NCBI GenBank assembly: GCA_016290315.1
Contig: JAEETK010000001.1
Coordinates: 83,157-147,156, forward strand
Direction: 5' to 3'
DNA from: Candidatus Saccharimonadota bacterium
GTDB lineage: Bacteria > Patescibacteriota > Saccharimonadia > Saccharimonadales > Saccharimonadaceae
Length of the DNA stretch: 64,000 bases
Both the position numbers and the translations under genes were made by a program. Under the pieces are notes generated by a model that worked only from the letters and a program-made list of their open reading frames with translations, was not told the origin of the DNA and did not search any database. This document shows positions 19,313 to 28,574 of this stretch, in pieces. Position 1 is the stretch's first letter, and each line of letters starts with the position of its first letter.

Positions 19313-19529
19313 CGTAAACGATGTTCACTTATTAAGGGGAAGTACAAAAAACGACCTATCAGGTCATATCTTATATTTTGGTGTGATACAAGAGCCTATT
19401 TTGAATACTTATATCTAAAGGACAACTAATAAATAATAACTCTATATTTATTTTAGTATTAGTTTTACAAAATGAATATGTTTTTACAAAAATCATGTCA
19501 TAATAATTAAAAAAAGGAGTATGGTAATT

Positions 19530-20036
19530 ATGGCATTTGCGCCGAATGTAGCAAAAAAACGGTTTGAAAACTTATCCGTAGAAGAATTAGAGGCAAGGTA
19601 TGAAGAATTAAAGAAAAATTATTGTTTTAATTCTAAAGAAGAACAAATCGATCATATTATTAAGAATTATTTAGATGCAAGTAAGAATGTAAATAATAAT
19701 TCTACAAGGATCGCATTAGAAGAGTTACTAAAAGAAAAAACAGGTAAAGAGTATAAAATTGAACCTAACAGATTTGAAATTTCTTTATCAGATATTATTA
19801 GTTTTATAACAAGTGCGGACTCATTTTGGACTTCAACACTATCAAATTATTTTCAAAAATTAAACGAAATAAGTGAAGAAGAAAAAATGAGATTTTTAAT
19901 TGAATTAGTTCAAAACAAAGAGTCATTTAATGAATTTACAAAAGAAATAATACAAACACAAAACGTCAGAGAAACATACAATAAATATCAAAAAATCGCT
20001 CAAGATTTTGTTTCAATGAATACTAGAAAAGGATAA
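19530..20036 (+). CDS. hypothetical protein (Lys/Glu/Asn-rich) in an AT-rich islet
   Basis: ORF preceded by SD AAGGAG. Its base composition is visibly more AT-rich than the flanking DNA. No motif was recognised. Confidence 0.4.
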   Translation: MAFAPNVAKKRFENLSVEELEARYEELKKNYCFNSKEEQIDHIIKNYLDASKNVNNNSTRIALEELLKEKTGKEYKIEPNRFEISLSDIISFITSADSFWTSTLSNYFQKLNEISEEEKMRFLIELVQNKESFNEFTKEIIQTQNVRETYNKYQKIAQDFVSMNTRKG

Positions 20037-20108
20037 AACTAAGACAATTACATTTCTAGAATTGATATTTATTAGTAAATTGAACCAAAGTTCAATCAGA
20101 TTCTTTAA

Positions 20109-20183
20109 TGGTGCGGGTGGAGAGAGTCGAACTCTCGTCTTATCCTTGGGAAGGATACATAATAGCCGTTATACGACACCCGC
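20109..20183 (-). tRNA. tRNA-Gly (anticodon CCC)
   Basis: Manual fold. Acceptor GCGGGTG/CACCCGC, anticodon stem TATCC/GGATA with loop ttCCCaa, T-arm GAGAG-TTCGACT-CTCTC. CCA is encoded. The TGtTAAAAT promoter lies 9 nt upstream. Confidence 0.88.
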
Positions 20184-20230
20184 GTTATTACTATTTTAAC
20201 ATAGTTTTTTCTTTTTGATATTATAGAGAT

Positions 20231-20749
20231 ATGGTGGAAGCAAAAAAGACAACAAAGAGAAATACATTTGGAATAATAGCGATAGCTACAGCTGGAGTAG
20301 CCGTATTGATAGGCATAGTGGCGGCAATTGTATTCTTAATTGGAGGACAAGCGAAGATACGCGATGGTTCGATTGTGGAATTTTCGTTTGGCCACGGGGG
20401 TGGCATGAGCGGAGACGTCCAGTATACACTGAAGAGGCAAGATAATTTAGCATTGTTTTCGATAAATAGAACGGGGGCTCTTTATGATAAGGGTGGAAAT
20501 GTCGAGAAGGCTGTAGATAGTAAATATCTTGATAGATTGGCGGATATTATTAATGAGAATGAAGTAGCAAAGTGGGATGGGTTTGATAGGAGTGCCAATG
20601 GTATTCTTGATGGTGGCGGTTTTGTCCTGAAAGTGACCTATGATGACAAAAAAACGATTGAAGCGCACGGATATATGATGTTCCCGGATAATTATGCTGT
20701 GGTTTCGGATAAGTTTGAAGAGTTATTTTCGGAAATTGAAAATCTATAA
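20231..20749 (+). CDS. hypothetical membrane-anchored protein
   Basis: 172 aa with one N-terminal TM helix. TGaTATTAT at 20216-20224 lies 6 nt before the ATG, so the start looks leaderless. Confidence 0.55.
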   Translation: MVEAKKTTKRNTFGIIAIATAGVAVLIGIVAAIVFLIGGQAKIRDGSIVEFSFGHGGGMSGDVQYTLKRQDNLALFSINRTGALYDKGGNVEKAVDSKYLDRLADIINENEVAKWDGFDRSANGILDGGGFVLKVTYDDKKTIEAHGYMMFPDNYAVVSDKFEELFSEIENL

Positions 20750-20774
20750 ATAATTGATTATTCGCCATAAAACA

Positions 20775-20803
20775 AAAACATCTCCAGAAAATGGAGATTT
20801 TTT
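20775..20803. terminator. bidirectional intrinsic terminator
   Basis: Stem ATCTCCA / TGGAGAT (20780-20786 with 20792-20798), flanked by an A-tract and a T-tract. Confidence 0.7.
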
Positions 20804-20804
20804 G

Positions 20805-20881
20805 TGGCGGGCCCGACGCGACTCGAACGCGCGACCTCCTCCGTGACAGGGAGGCGCTCTAACCAACTGAGCTACGAGCCC
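20805..20881 (-). tRNA. tRNA-Asp (anticodon GUC)
   Basis: Manual fold. Acceptor GGGCTCG/CGGGCCC, anticodon stem CCTCC/GGAGG with loop ctGTCac, T-loop TTCGAGT. CCA is encoded. Confidence 0.88.
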
Positions 20882-21002
20882 TTGTGAATGCTATTATATA
20901 CGAATGCGGCCTGAATTACAAGGGCTTTATGTGGTTGTTTCGGGGTTGGTAAAGCTAGCATTAGATACTTTTAGATAGTTGTGTTATAATTGCAGAGGAG
21001 AT

Positions 21003-21078
21003 GCCGTTGTAGCTCAGTTGGCAGAGCAGCTCATTCGTAACGAGCAGGTCGCTGGTTCGACCCCAGTCAACGGCTCCA
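21003..21078 (+). tRNA. tRNA-Thr (anticodon CGU)
   Basis: Manual fold. Acceptor GCCGTTG/CAACGGC, loop ttCGTaa, T-loop TTCGACC. CCA is encoded. TGtTATAAT lies at 20978-20986. Confidence 0.88.
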
Positions 21079-21096
21079 GGGATAGTTTGATCAATA

Positions 21097-21136
21097 AAAA
21101 GACGTCAATTGCACTGAAGCGACTGGCGTCTTTTTC
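21097..21136. terminator. intrinsic terminator shared by tRNA-Thr and the convergent rdgB
   Basis: Stem AAAAGACGTCA / TGGCGTCTTTT followed by a T-tract. Confidence 0.65.
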
Positions 21137-21146
21137 GTGTAAATAA

Positions 21147-21785
21147 TTAGTCTATTGTAGCTAGGCGGCGAATTGCTTTTCTTAAAGATTCAAAGCGATA
21201 AGTGTGTTTTAGTGCGTCGCCGCGTAATTGGCCAAATGTGACGTCAAATCCATCTGGGACGAAAATTGAATAAAAGAATGGCTTTTCGATTATTTTTGGT
21301 ATTTCGCTCATAATAGTGCCGTTACTTTCGCCCAGTTCTTGAAAGTATTTTCCATCTGGAGTCATGAGTGTTATACAAGATTTGTATTTTGCGTGTCTAT
21401 TTGTAGTATTACGCATTTTCTCGATTAGTTTTATGATACATTGATAGCTTGGTAGACTAGGATTGGCTGCAATTTCTGCATCGGCGTATCTAGAAGTATA
21501 GACGCCGGGCTCGTCTCCTAGCACATCAACGAATAAACCGGAGTCGTCTGAAATAATAGGGAAGTGGATTTGTTTTTCTTTACAAAACGAAAAGGCCGCT
21601 CGCGCCTTCGCGAGAGAATTATCCTGAATTGTGGTTCCTTTTTCCTCAATTTCACCTCTATCCCAACCGATGTCATTTAAGCTTAGAATTCCCATATCTA
21701 AGCCCAACTCGTCAATTATGTGCTGGAGGTCTTCAATTTTTCTTTGGTTTGTAGTTGCGAAGATGATTCTTGATTTATCTGACAT
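21147..21785 (-). CDS. rdgB: non-canonical purine NTP pyrophosphatase (RdgB/HAM1 family)
   Basis: 212 aa. IIFATTNQRKIEDL and SDDSGLFVDVLGDEPGVYTSRYA are typical of the ITPase family. Confidence 0.85.
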   Translation of the reverse strand: MSDKSRIIFATTNQRKIEDLQHIIDELGLDMGILSLNDIGWDRGEIEEKGTTIQDNSLAKARAAFSFCKEKQIHFPIISDDSGLFVDVLGDEPGVYTSRYADAEIAANPSLPSYQCIIKLIEKMRNTTNRHAKYKSCITLMTPDGKYFQELGESNGTIMSEIPKIIEKPFFYSIFVPDGFDVTFGQLRGDALKHTYRFESLRKAIRRLATID

Positions 21786-21809
21786 ATAGTTTCTCGTTTT
21801 TTTGTTCTG

Positions 21810-22370
21810 CTAGGAAAGATTATACCCCTGCGATAGGTCTGTGCCACTAGATGATGGTGTGGTTGGTGGTTGTTGCGATGCTGTGGTGCCATTGGGGAAA
21901 TTGTTGTTTTTAAGGCGTTTAGTAGAGGTTACAATAAGCACGATACCTACGATGATAAAGACGATGGGGAGGACAAGGAAGAAATAGATGAACTTTATCC
22001 CAGTTCTTGTATAATCTGAGGCACAATTGTTAGGATTGGTCGATTCGTAATAAATTGTAACATTACCTTCATCGGGGCGAATGCTCGACGAGACGGATGA
22101 TTCGCAAAAGTAAGCCTTACCATTTACCTCAAATTCGTAGGTTGGCTTGTACATGGTATCGTTTTCGACATCTATTTTTTCGTGGATTGTTACCGAAGTA
22201 GAAGTGGTCTGTGTGTCTAGCTTGGAATCATTAATTTTGTACATAGCAATTAAGAAGGAGAGAGGTATTAGTAGGAAAATACCGATAATTGTGAAGATAA
22301 TGCCTAGTTTTCTGGTGGTATGTAGCTCTTTGGGCGAATTGACTGAATTATTCGTAATATCAACGTCCAT
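21810..22370 (-). CDS. hypothetical membrane protein (DUF3592-like topology)
   Basis: 186 aa arranged as TM, beta-rich ectodomain, TM, then a Pro/Thr/Ser tail. Confidence 0.5.
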   Translation of the reverse strand: MDVDITNNSVNSPKELHTTRKLGIIFTIIGIFLLIPLSFLIAMYKINDSKLDTQTTSTSVTIHEKIDVENDTMYKPTYEFEVNGKAYFCESSVSSSIRPDEGNVTIYYESTNPNNCASDYTRTGIKFIYFFLVLPIVFIIVGIVLIVTSTKRLKNNNFPNGTTASQQPPTTPSSSGTDLSQGYNLS

Positions 22371-22379
22371 TTTTATCCT

Positions 22380-22865
22380 CTAAATTGTATTCCAATCTGA
22401 TAAGTTTAGGTTTGCTATTTGATTGCGCGGTATGATTGCAACGAAGTACCAAAAAGCCATATCGTCAGTGCCGATTTCGGGTTTGTCGGTACTAATTGTA
22501 AAATTGACAGTGTTGTTATTGAGATTGACACTTTCGAGCTTGTGATTAATGCTGCCAGACGATTCGCTTTGAACTTGAATAAATATATCATTATGTTTGA
22601 AATATTCAATATTTATAGCTAATACATCGGAATATTTTTCATAAAAACGACTAAGCTCCTCGGGGGAAGTGATGTGATATTTTGAATTGTCGGAATGATC
22701 ACTAAAGACTTCGTGCGTTTGTAATTCGTATTTGATGATTTGATTGTCTGGTGTCGAACTTTCGATTTTTTTGTAGTCGTAATACAGCCAGGCGCTGCAA
22801 CCACAAATAATTAGAATGAGTAATAATGCAGTTGCTGCAATAATTTTATGTTTGAATTGAAACAT
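22380..22865 (-). CDS. hypothetical lipoprotein or secreted protein
   Basis: 161 aa. The signal peptide contains Cys residues (LLILIICGCSAW). Confidence 0.5.
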   Translation of the reverse strand: MFQFKHKIIAATALLLILIICGCSAWLYYDYKKIESSTPDNQIIKYELQTHEVFSDHSDNSKYHITSPEELSRFYEKYSDVLAINIEYFKHNDIFIQVQSESSGSINHKLESVNLNNNTVNFTISTDKPEIGTDDMAFWYFVAIIPRNQIANLNLSDWNTI

Positions 22866-22875
22866 TTTTAGGGCG

Positions 22876-23994
22876 TTATTTTATTTCAGATCCACCCCAT
22901 TCGACGACGGTGAAGCCGCTTCGTGTCGGAGTTGAGAGAATTTGCTCTTTAATGTTAATTGGTGCGTCGAGCGGCTTGTAATCCATATATACACGAATCG
23001 TAGTGTCGGCTTTTGGAGTGGTAGTTAAAGGCATGTATGAAGCGATTTCGGATTGTGTCTCGAAGCGGATGTAGTTGTAATTGTTGTGCTCGAGTTTTGG
23101 TAACCAGTAGATAATAAACTCTTCGGCTTCGCGGTAATTTAGGCCAAGCGTGGATAGCTTATCTTCTAGGAATTCTGCTGTCTCTTTGCCTTTTACGATG
23201 AAGCCGTCTTGTTGAACTGATGCGTAATGGTTTTTACCTTCCCAATAGAGGGAGTAGAGCTTGTTTCCGGTCTTTTTGTCTGTAAGCTCGCCAGTTGGTT
23301 CCGCTGTTACATTCCAACCTTTTTGATATTGTGGATAGCTGGTAGTTATTAGTTCGGGATGACCAAGAACTATACTGACGTCCGTAGTTTTGGTTGGGTA
23401 AAGATAGATAATAGGCTTGTATTCTACCGAAGAGTCACATTCGATGGTGTTGCGAGAGTGGTAATTGACGACGATGTCACCGCTTGCAACGCTTTTATCT
23501 AGCTTGAAAGCATAGAAGCGATAGGTTGGGGCGCAGAAGCCACATTTTGAGTCGTAGTCGAAAACAACACTAACTTGGCCATTGGATATATCAAACTTGC
23601 TTGGCTCGATATTTTCTTCGGAGCAGGAGTCATAGCGAACAGCTATAAGCGCATAATTATTGCCTTCAAAGTCTGCCGGCGAAAGTGTCTTGTCGCCATT
23701 TTCTAGGTTAATATCTCGCATGGCAGAGGTATATTCGTCGTAGCTGGATACAATTTGGTCTGGTATGGCTGATTCTGTGTCGTAGATATTATTGCCATTA
23801 CCGATATAGATGTATTGGCCTTTAGTTTCGTCGATTTCTTTTTTGTGCTTAGCATTATGGATCATGTTAATTGCTAGGATCGAAAGGAGGATTATTATTG
23901 CGAATATGGCAATAGACATATAGAATAAAGGATTCTTGAGCACGTTCTCGCTTTTTTTGTTTGATTTTGCTTTGGTTGACTTCTTGGCGTTCAT
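22876..23994 (-). CDS. hypothetical membrane-anchored protein
   Basis: 372 aa with a basic N-terminus, one TM helix and a large ectodomain. The reverse complement of 24001-24009 reads TGCTAAGAT, 6 nt before ATG 23994, so the start looks leaderless. Confidence 0.55.
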   Translation of the reverse strand: MNAKKSTKAKSNKKSENVLKNPLFYMSIAIFAIIILLSILAINMIHNAKHKKEIDETKGQYIYIGNGNNIYDTESAIPDQIVSSYDEYTSAMRDINLENGDKTLSPADFEGNNYALIAVRYDSCSEENIEPSKFDISNGQVSVVFDYDSKCGFCAPTYRFYAFKLDKSVASGDIVVNYHSRNTIECDSSVEYKPIIYLYPTKTTDVSIVLGHPELITTSYPQYQKGWNVTAEPTGELTDKKTGNKLYSLYWEGKNHYASVQQDGFIVKGKETAEFLEDKLSTLGLNYREAEEFIIYWLPKLEHNNYNYIRFETQSEIASYMPLTTTPKADTTIRVYMDYKPLDAPINIKEQILSTPTRSGFTVVEWGGSEIK

Positions 23995-24014
23995 AACTAT
24001 ATCTTAGCATAAAC

Positions 24015-25667
24015 GTGTTAGTAATAGGAGAAAAAGAAACATTGAGGCGTTTAATATATAATAGATACATCGTGAGTAGAAAAACGAATACTAGCTATGA
24101 TTATTATGATGTGCCAAAGTTGGCAAATTTGTGGGATTTAATAACTTATCGTAAAGATTCGGAAAGAACTGCGTTTGCGTGGCGCGAAGATGGCAAGTTG
24201 CGTCGGAAGAGCTTTGCGAATGTATTCACTGACGTAAAAGCGTTGAGTGGCTATTTTTACGCTAATTATCAAGGAAAGAATATAGCCGTAATCGGAGAGG
24301 ATAGCTATGCTTGGCTGATAATTGCGTTGGCGATTATCGTGAGCGGAAATGTATGTGTGGCACTAGATAAAGATTCGGATCCGGAATTATTAAGAAAACA
24401 ACTAAAACAGGTGGACGTAAAGGCGGTATATTATTCTTTGGATTATTGTGGTGAAATTGGTGAAGCATTCCGCGAGAGTTATCCCTTTGAAGAAGTGGAA
24501 GATTACATTAATCTTGGGAAAAAACTACACAATAAAAATACGCAGGACATTCAAAAGGATGCGATGATATTCTTTACCTCTGGCACTACGGGTTATGGTA
24601 AGGCTGTGGTTTTGTCGCAAAAAAATATTATGGCAGACTTGTATGGGGCGTCATCTATTTATTGCCCAAGAGGTCGAGCGGCTAGTTTTTTGCCGTATCA
24701 TCATGCATTCGGATTCGTGACGTCGCTGTTAATGCCGTATTATTACGGATGCTATACTTTTATTTCTGGTAGCTTAAAACGTTTACTGGACGATTTTAAA
24801 GATGGGAAGCCGGACACTATATTTGCCGTACCAATGGTTGTCGAGACAATATATCGTCAAATATGGCGTACGGCAAGACGTGAAAAGCGAGAAAGGAAGC
24901 TGAGCCGCGGGATCAAAGTCAGTAATGCTCTAATGAAGATTGGGATAGACTGGCGGAAAAAGTTTTTTAAGCAAATCTTGGATGAGTTTGGCGGAAATGT
25001 TGATTATATTATTTGTGGCGGTGCGGCGCTCGATGTGAAGTATATAGAGTGGTTTAGGAGTATAGGGATAGAGATTTTGGTCGGGTATGGTATTACTGAA
25101 TGTTCACCGGTAGTCGCGGTAAATCGCAATTATTACAAACGTGATGGTAGCGTTGGGCAAATTTGTCGAGACGTGAATGTGAGAATAATTGACGACGAAA
25201 TTGTTGTCAGTGGCGACGTCGTAATGAAGGGGTACTATAAGGACCGTAAATCGACGGAAGAAGTGTTGAAAGACGGACGTTTTTATACGGGAGATTTGGG
25301 GAGATTTGATGAGGATGGTTTTCTGTTTGTGACGGGACGGAAAAAGAATTTGATTATTTTGAGTAATGGAGAAAATGTAAGTCCGGAAGAAATAGAAGCA
25401 AGGTTGGCTAACGATAATGGCGTGGCCGAGGTAATAGCATACGAAGACAACAATAGGATAGTCGTATCGATTTATCCAGAAAAGAGTTATATGGGTGACC
25501 AAGATTATTTTGACGAGCTAATAGGGGAGTATAATAGGGAAAAGCCTAAAAATCGACAAATTGCATATGTACGATTAAGGACGGCGGAATTTCCGCGTAA
25601 CAATAATGGAAAAATAATAAGATCAAAAGTAATAGAGGAAGAGGCAAATGGAGAAAGAAGTAATTGA
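24015..25667 (+). CDS. long-chain fatty acid AMP-ligase (acyl-CoA/acyl-ACP synthetase-like)
   Basis: AMP-binding motifs FFTSGTTGYGKAV, YGITE and YYTGDLGRFDEDGFLFVTGRKKNLI are present, with an ACSL-type linker insertion. The exact start is uncertain (GTG 24015, TTG 24042 or GTG 24072). Confidence 0.8.
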   Translation: MLVIGEKETLRRLIYNRYIVSRKTNTSYDYYDVPKLANLWDLITYRKDSERTAFAWREDGKLRRKSFANVFTDVKALSGYFYANYQGKNIAVIGEDSYAWLIIALAIIVSGNVCVALDKDSDPELLRKQLKQVDVKAVYYSLDYCGEIGEAFRESYPFEEVEDYINLGKKLHNKNTQDIQKDAMIFFTSGTTGYGKAVVLSQKNIMADLYGASSIYCPRGRAASFLPYHHAFGFVTSLLMPYYYGCYTFISGSLKRLLDDFKDGKPDTIFAVPMVVETIYRQIWRTARREKRERKLSRGIKVSNALMKIGIDWRKKFFKQILDEFGGNVDYIICGGAALDVKYIEWFRSIGIEILVGYGITECSPVVAVNRNYYKRDGSVGQICRDVNVRIIDDEIVVSGDVVMKGYYKDRKSTEEVLKDGRFYTGDLGRFDEDGFLFVTGRKKNLIILSNGENVSPEEIEARLANDNGVAEVIAYEDNNRIVVSIYPEKSYMGDQDYFDELIGEYNREKPKNRQIAYVRLRTAEFPRNNNGKIIRSKVIEEEANGERSN

Positions 25668-25881
25668 ACTAATAGCGAGCACTTTAGAGGTGGACAAAAA
25701 GTCCATCAGTAAGGATACGGATTTGCTCAATGATTTAGATGTGGAATCATTAGACTTGGTAGATTTGGTTACGGCATTTGAGGATAAGTATAGTGTAGAG
25801 ATTGCTGACAAAGACATTAAAGATTTGCATACGGTTGGCGACATTGTTAGTTATATTAAGAAACGCCAGGATGAAGCTTAA
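25648..25881 (+). CDS. acyl carrier protein
   Basis: 77 aa, acidic. The phosphopantetheine attachment motif is DLDVESLDLVDLV. It overlaps the ligase gene by 20 nt. Confidence 0.8.
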   Translation: MEKEVIELIASTLEVDKKSISKDTDLLNDLDVESLDLVDLVTAFEDKYSVEIADKDIKDLHTVGDIVSYIKKRQDEA

Positions 25882-25933
25882 ATTGGCTGAATAGCATCTT
25901 TTTTAGCTTTTTGCTATAATTTATAAAGTTGTT

Positions 25934-26746
25934 ATGAATATTTTGTATTGTGGCGACCGGAATATCTTAGACGGATTGATCATCTCGATACTGTCATTAG
26001 TAAAAAATACTTCTAGGCCATTGAAGATTTTTATTTTGACGATGCGCTTAAAAGGTTTTAAAGAAGTGCCAGAGAGCGCTATAGAGAATTTGGAAAAAAT
26101 AATAAAAGCAAAGGACGAGCGGCACTCAATTAAGCTAATTGATGCTACGGATGCTTTTAATTCGGATATGCCACGAGCTAATTTAAAAACTTTTTTTACG
26201 CCATATTGCCTATTGAGGCTATATGCTGATTTGATAAAAGAACTACCCAAAAAGATTCTATATTTAGATACTGATGTTGTAGCACTAAAAGATCCGTATG
26301 AGTTATATAAGATGGATAATACTGAATATGAACTGATAGGCGCGGTGGATTATTATGGGCAGCATTGGCTAAGGACGAGCTTATTTGAGAAAACATATTT
26401 AAATTCTGGTGTGTTGCTAATGAATCTAGAGCTAATTAGGGAATCGGGATTGTTGCGACGGACGCGTCGGCGCGTAGCGAAGACAAAAATGCTATTACCG
26501 GATCAGACGTCATTAAATATTTATTCGCGTCGCAAGAAGATTATTGACCGGCGCTTTAATGAACAGAAACGAGAGACGACAGATACTGTGTTTCGGCATT
26601 TTTCGACTACTTTTCGTTTTTGGCCAGTTTTTCATACGCAGAAGATTAAACCATGGAATATAGATAAAGTTCATAATGTGTTAAAATGCCATGCGTTTGA
26701 TGACGTATTAGAGGAGTATCTAAAGGTAAGAAAGAAGGTAAAGTGA
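25934..26746 (+). CDS. glycosyltransferase family 8
   Basis: NILYCGD.., the DxD motif LYLDTDVVAL, and LNSGVLLMNL. Confidence 0.8.
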   Translation: MNILYCGDRNILDGLIISILSLVKNTSRPLKIFILTMRLKGFKEVPESAIENLEKIIKAKDERHSIKLIDATDAFNSDMPRANLKTFFTPYCLLRLYADLIKELPKKILYLDTDVVALKDPYELYKMDNTEYELIGAVDYYGQHWLRTSLFEKTYLNSGVLLMNLELIRESGLLRRTRRRVAKTKMLLPDQTSLNIYSRRKKIIDRRFNEQKRETTDTVFRHFSTTFRFWPVFHTQKIKPWNIDKVHNVLKCHAFDDVLEEYLKVRKKVK

Positions 26747-27702
26747 TGAAAAAAATGACTGTGCCAGTATTCTTTTCTGCCGACGAGAAGTACGCGCCGT
26801 ATTTAGCTGTTGCGATAGCCTCTTTGGTTGACCATGTAAATCCGGCATATAAGTATGAGCTGCATGTGGTTTACCACGATATGAAAAAACGGACAGTGCG
26901 CAGGATAGCAAGCTTGGGCGATGGGCATGAAAATATTGAAGTTTTAATGACTGAAATGAAGGATACTTTAAGTGGTATTTCAGATCGCAAAGAGACGCGC
27001 CTGAAGGGTGATTATTTCACTCCTACAATTTATTATCGGATTTTTTTGCCAGAGATGTTCAAGGATTGCGAAAAAGGTATTTATCTTGATAGTGATATTG
27101 TCGTGCTAGGCGATGTGGCGGAGCTGTATAAAGTGGATTTGGGTGGCAATTTAATTGGGGCTTGTTCTGACATTTCGGCAAACAATAACGAATTGTTTTG
27201 TGATTATTTTGAACAGGTAGTGGGGGTGGACAGCAAGAAATATATAAATTCTGGTGTACTGCTGATGGACTTCAAAAAGATGCGTGAAGAAGAATTTGTG
27301 GAAAGATTTTTGTATTTATTAAATACGTACGACTTTGATACTGTGGCGCCGGACCAGGATTATTTAAACTCAATGTGTTATGGTAGAATTTTGCATCTAG
27401 ATCAAATTTGGAATGCGATGCCGACGCCGACGAAAAAGTTTGTGCGTAACCCGATGATTGTGCATTATAATATGTTCTTTAAGCCGTGGCATTATGATGG
27501 GACAATGTATGAAGAATTCTTTTGGAAATATGCTAACGAGTCAAGCTTCTTGAAAGATATACAGCATGAAAAAAGGAATTTTACGCGTTGGGATAAAAAA
27601 GGCGACGAAAAGCGTTTGCAATGGATGGCCGATCGCGTAACGGAAATATTGGGCAATGAAGTTACATTCCGTACGGTCATGCGTGGACTGGACAAGAAAT
27701 GA
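26743..27702 (+). CDS. glycosyltransferase family 8
   Basis: PVFFSADEKYAPYLAVAIASL, the DxD motif IYLDSDIVVL, and INSGVLLMDF. There is a 4-nt ATGA overlap at both ends. Confidence 0.8.
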   Translation: MMKKMTVPVFFSADEKYAPYLAVAIASLVDHVNPAYKYELHVVYHDMKKRTVRRIASLGDGHENIEVLMTEMKDTLSGISDRKETRLKGDYFTPTIYYRIFLPEMFKDCEKGIYLDSDIVVLGDVAELYKVDLGGNLIGACSDISANNNELFCDYFEQVVGVDSKKYINSGVLLMDFKKMREEEFVERFLYLLNTYDFDTVAPDQDYLNSMCYGRILHLDQIWNAMPTPTKKFVRNPMIVHYNMFFKPWHYDGTMYEEFFWKYANESSFLKDIQHEKRNFTRWDKKGDEKRLQWMADRVTEILGNEVTFRTVMRGLDKK

Positions 27703-28574
27703 TTATAGGTGGCGATAAAACTGCGGTAGTAAAAAATATACGCAAAAACATAAAGGCAGGAAACTTAAACGCGAAAGTTGAAGTTGGCGATCCGGTTTTT
27801 TCTGATGAAGAAGCTGAGCGCGCTATAAAGAATCTGAAAGATTTTCGGAATAATCATAAGATTAAATATTGGTTCCGTAGTCGTGGCGCAGTTATTACGC
27901 AACAAACTTTTGGCATTGCTATGAGTCATTCAATCAAAGTCGAAGGAATTGAGAAATTGGATCGCATAAAGAATGGCGCAATTATCACTAGCAATCATTT
28001 TAACCATCTTGATAGCATGTGTGTGCGTAAGGTGATTAAAAAACAGTTCCGTAAGACTCCATATATCGTAATCCAAGATACGAATATCGCGATTCCTGGT
28101 CCGATTGGCTATCTGATGAATAATTTAAAAACTCTACCGTTAAGAAAAGGGCCTAATTATATTATTAAAGAATTTGTCCCAGAGCTAAAACGTTTAGTTG
28201 ATTGTGGCGAATTCGTTTTAATATATCCCGAAGAGGAAATGTGGTACAACTATCGTAAGCCGCGCCCATGTAAACGTGGGACATATATGTTTGCAGCGAT
28301 GGTAAAAGCACCGGTAATTCCAATATTTGTTGAGCTAATAGATACGGGTAAAGATGACAATGGCCAATTCAATAAGCTAAAATTCGTAGCGCATGTATTA
28401 AATCCTATCTTTCCGAACGCAAAAAAGAGCGTACGTGAGAATAGTATAGAAATGGCAAGAACGGATTACGAGCAGCGCGTAGCGGCCTATGAAAAGATAT
28501 ATGGCAAAAAACTTGATTATAAATTCTCAATCGACGATATTGTTGGCTTGAAGGCGAAAGAGCGAAATCAATAA
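27699..28574 (+). CDS. lysophospholipid acyltransferase (PlsC/LPLAT family)
   Basis: HX4D motif (NHFNHLD) and an acceptor-pocket-like VLIYPEEEMW. Confidence 0.7.
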   Translation: MIIGGDKTAVVKNIRKNIKAGNLNAKVEVGDPVFSDEEAERAIKNLKDFRNNHKIKYWFRSRGAVITQQTFGIAMSHSIKVEGIEKLDRIKNGAIITSNHFNHLDSMCVRKVIKKQFRKTPYIVIQDTNIAIPGPIGYLMNNLKTLPLRKGPNYIIKEFVPELKRLVDCGEFVLIYPEEEMWYNYRKPRPCKRGTYMFAAMVKAPVIPIFVELIDTGKDDNGQFNKLKFVAHVLNPIFPNAKKSVRENSIEMARTDYEQRVAAYEKIYGKKLDYKFSIDDIVGLKAKERNQ

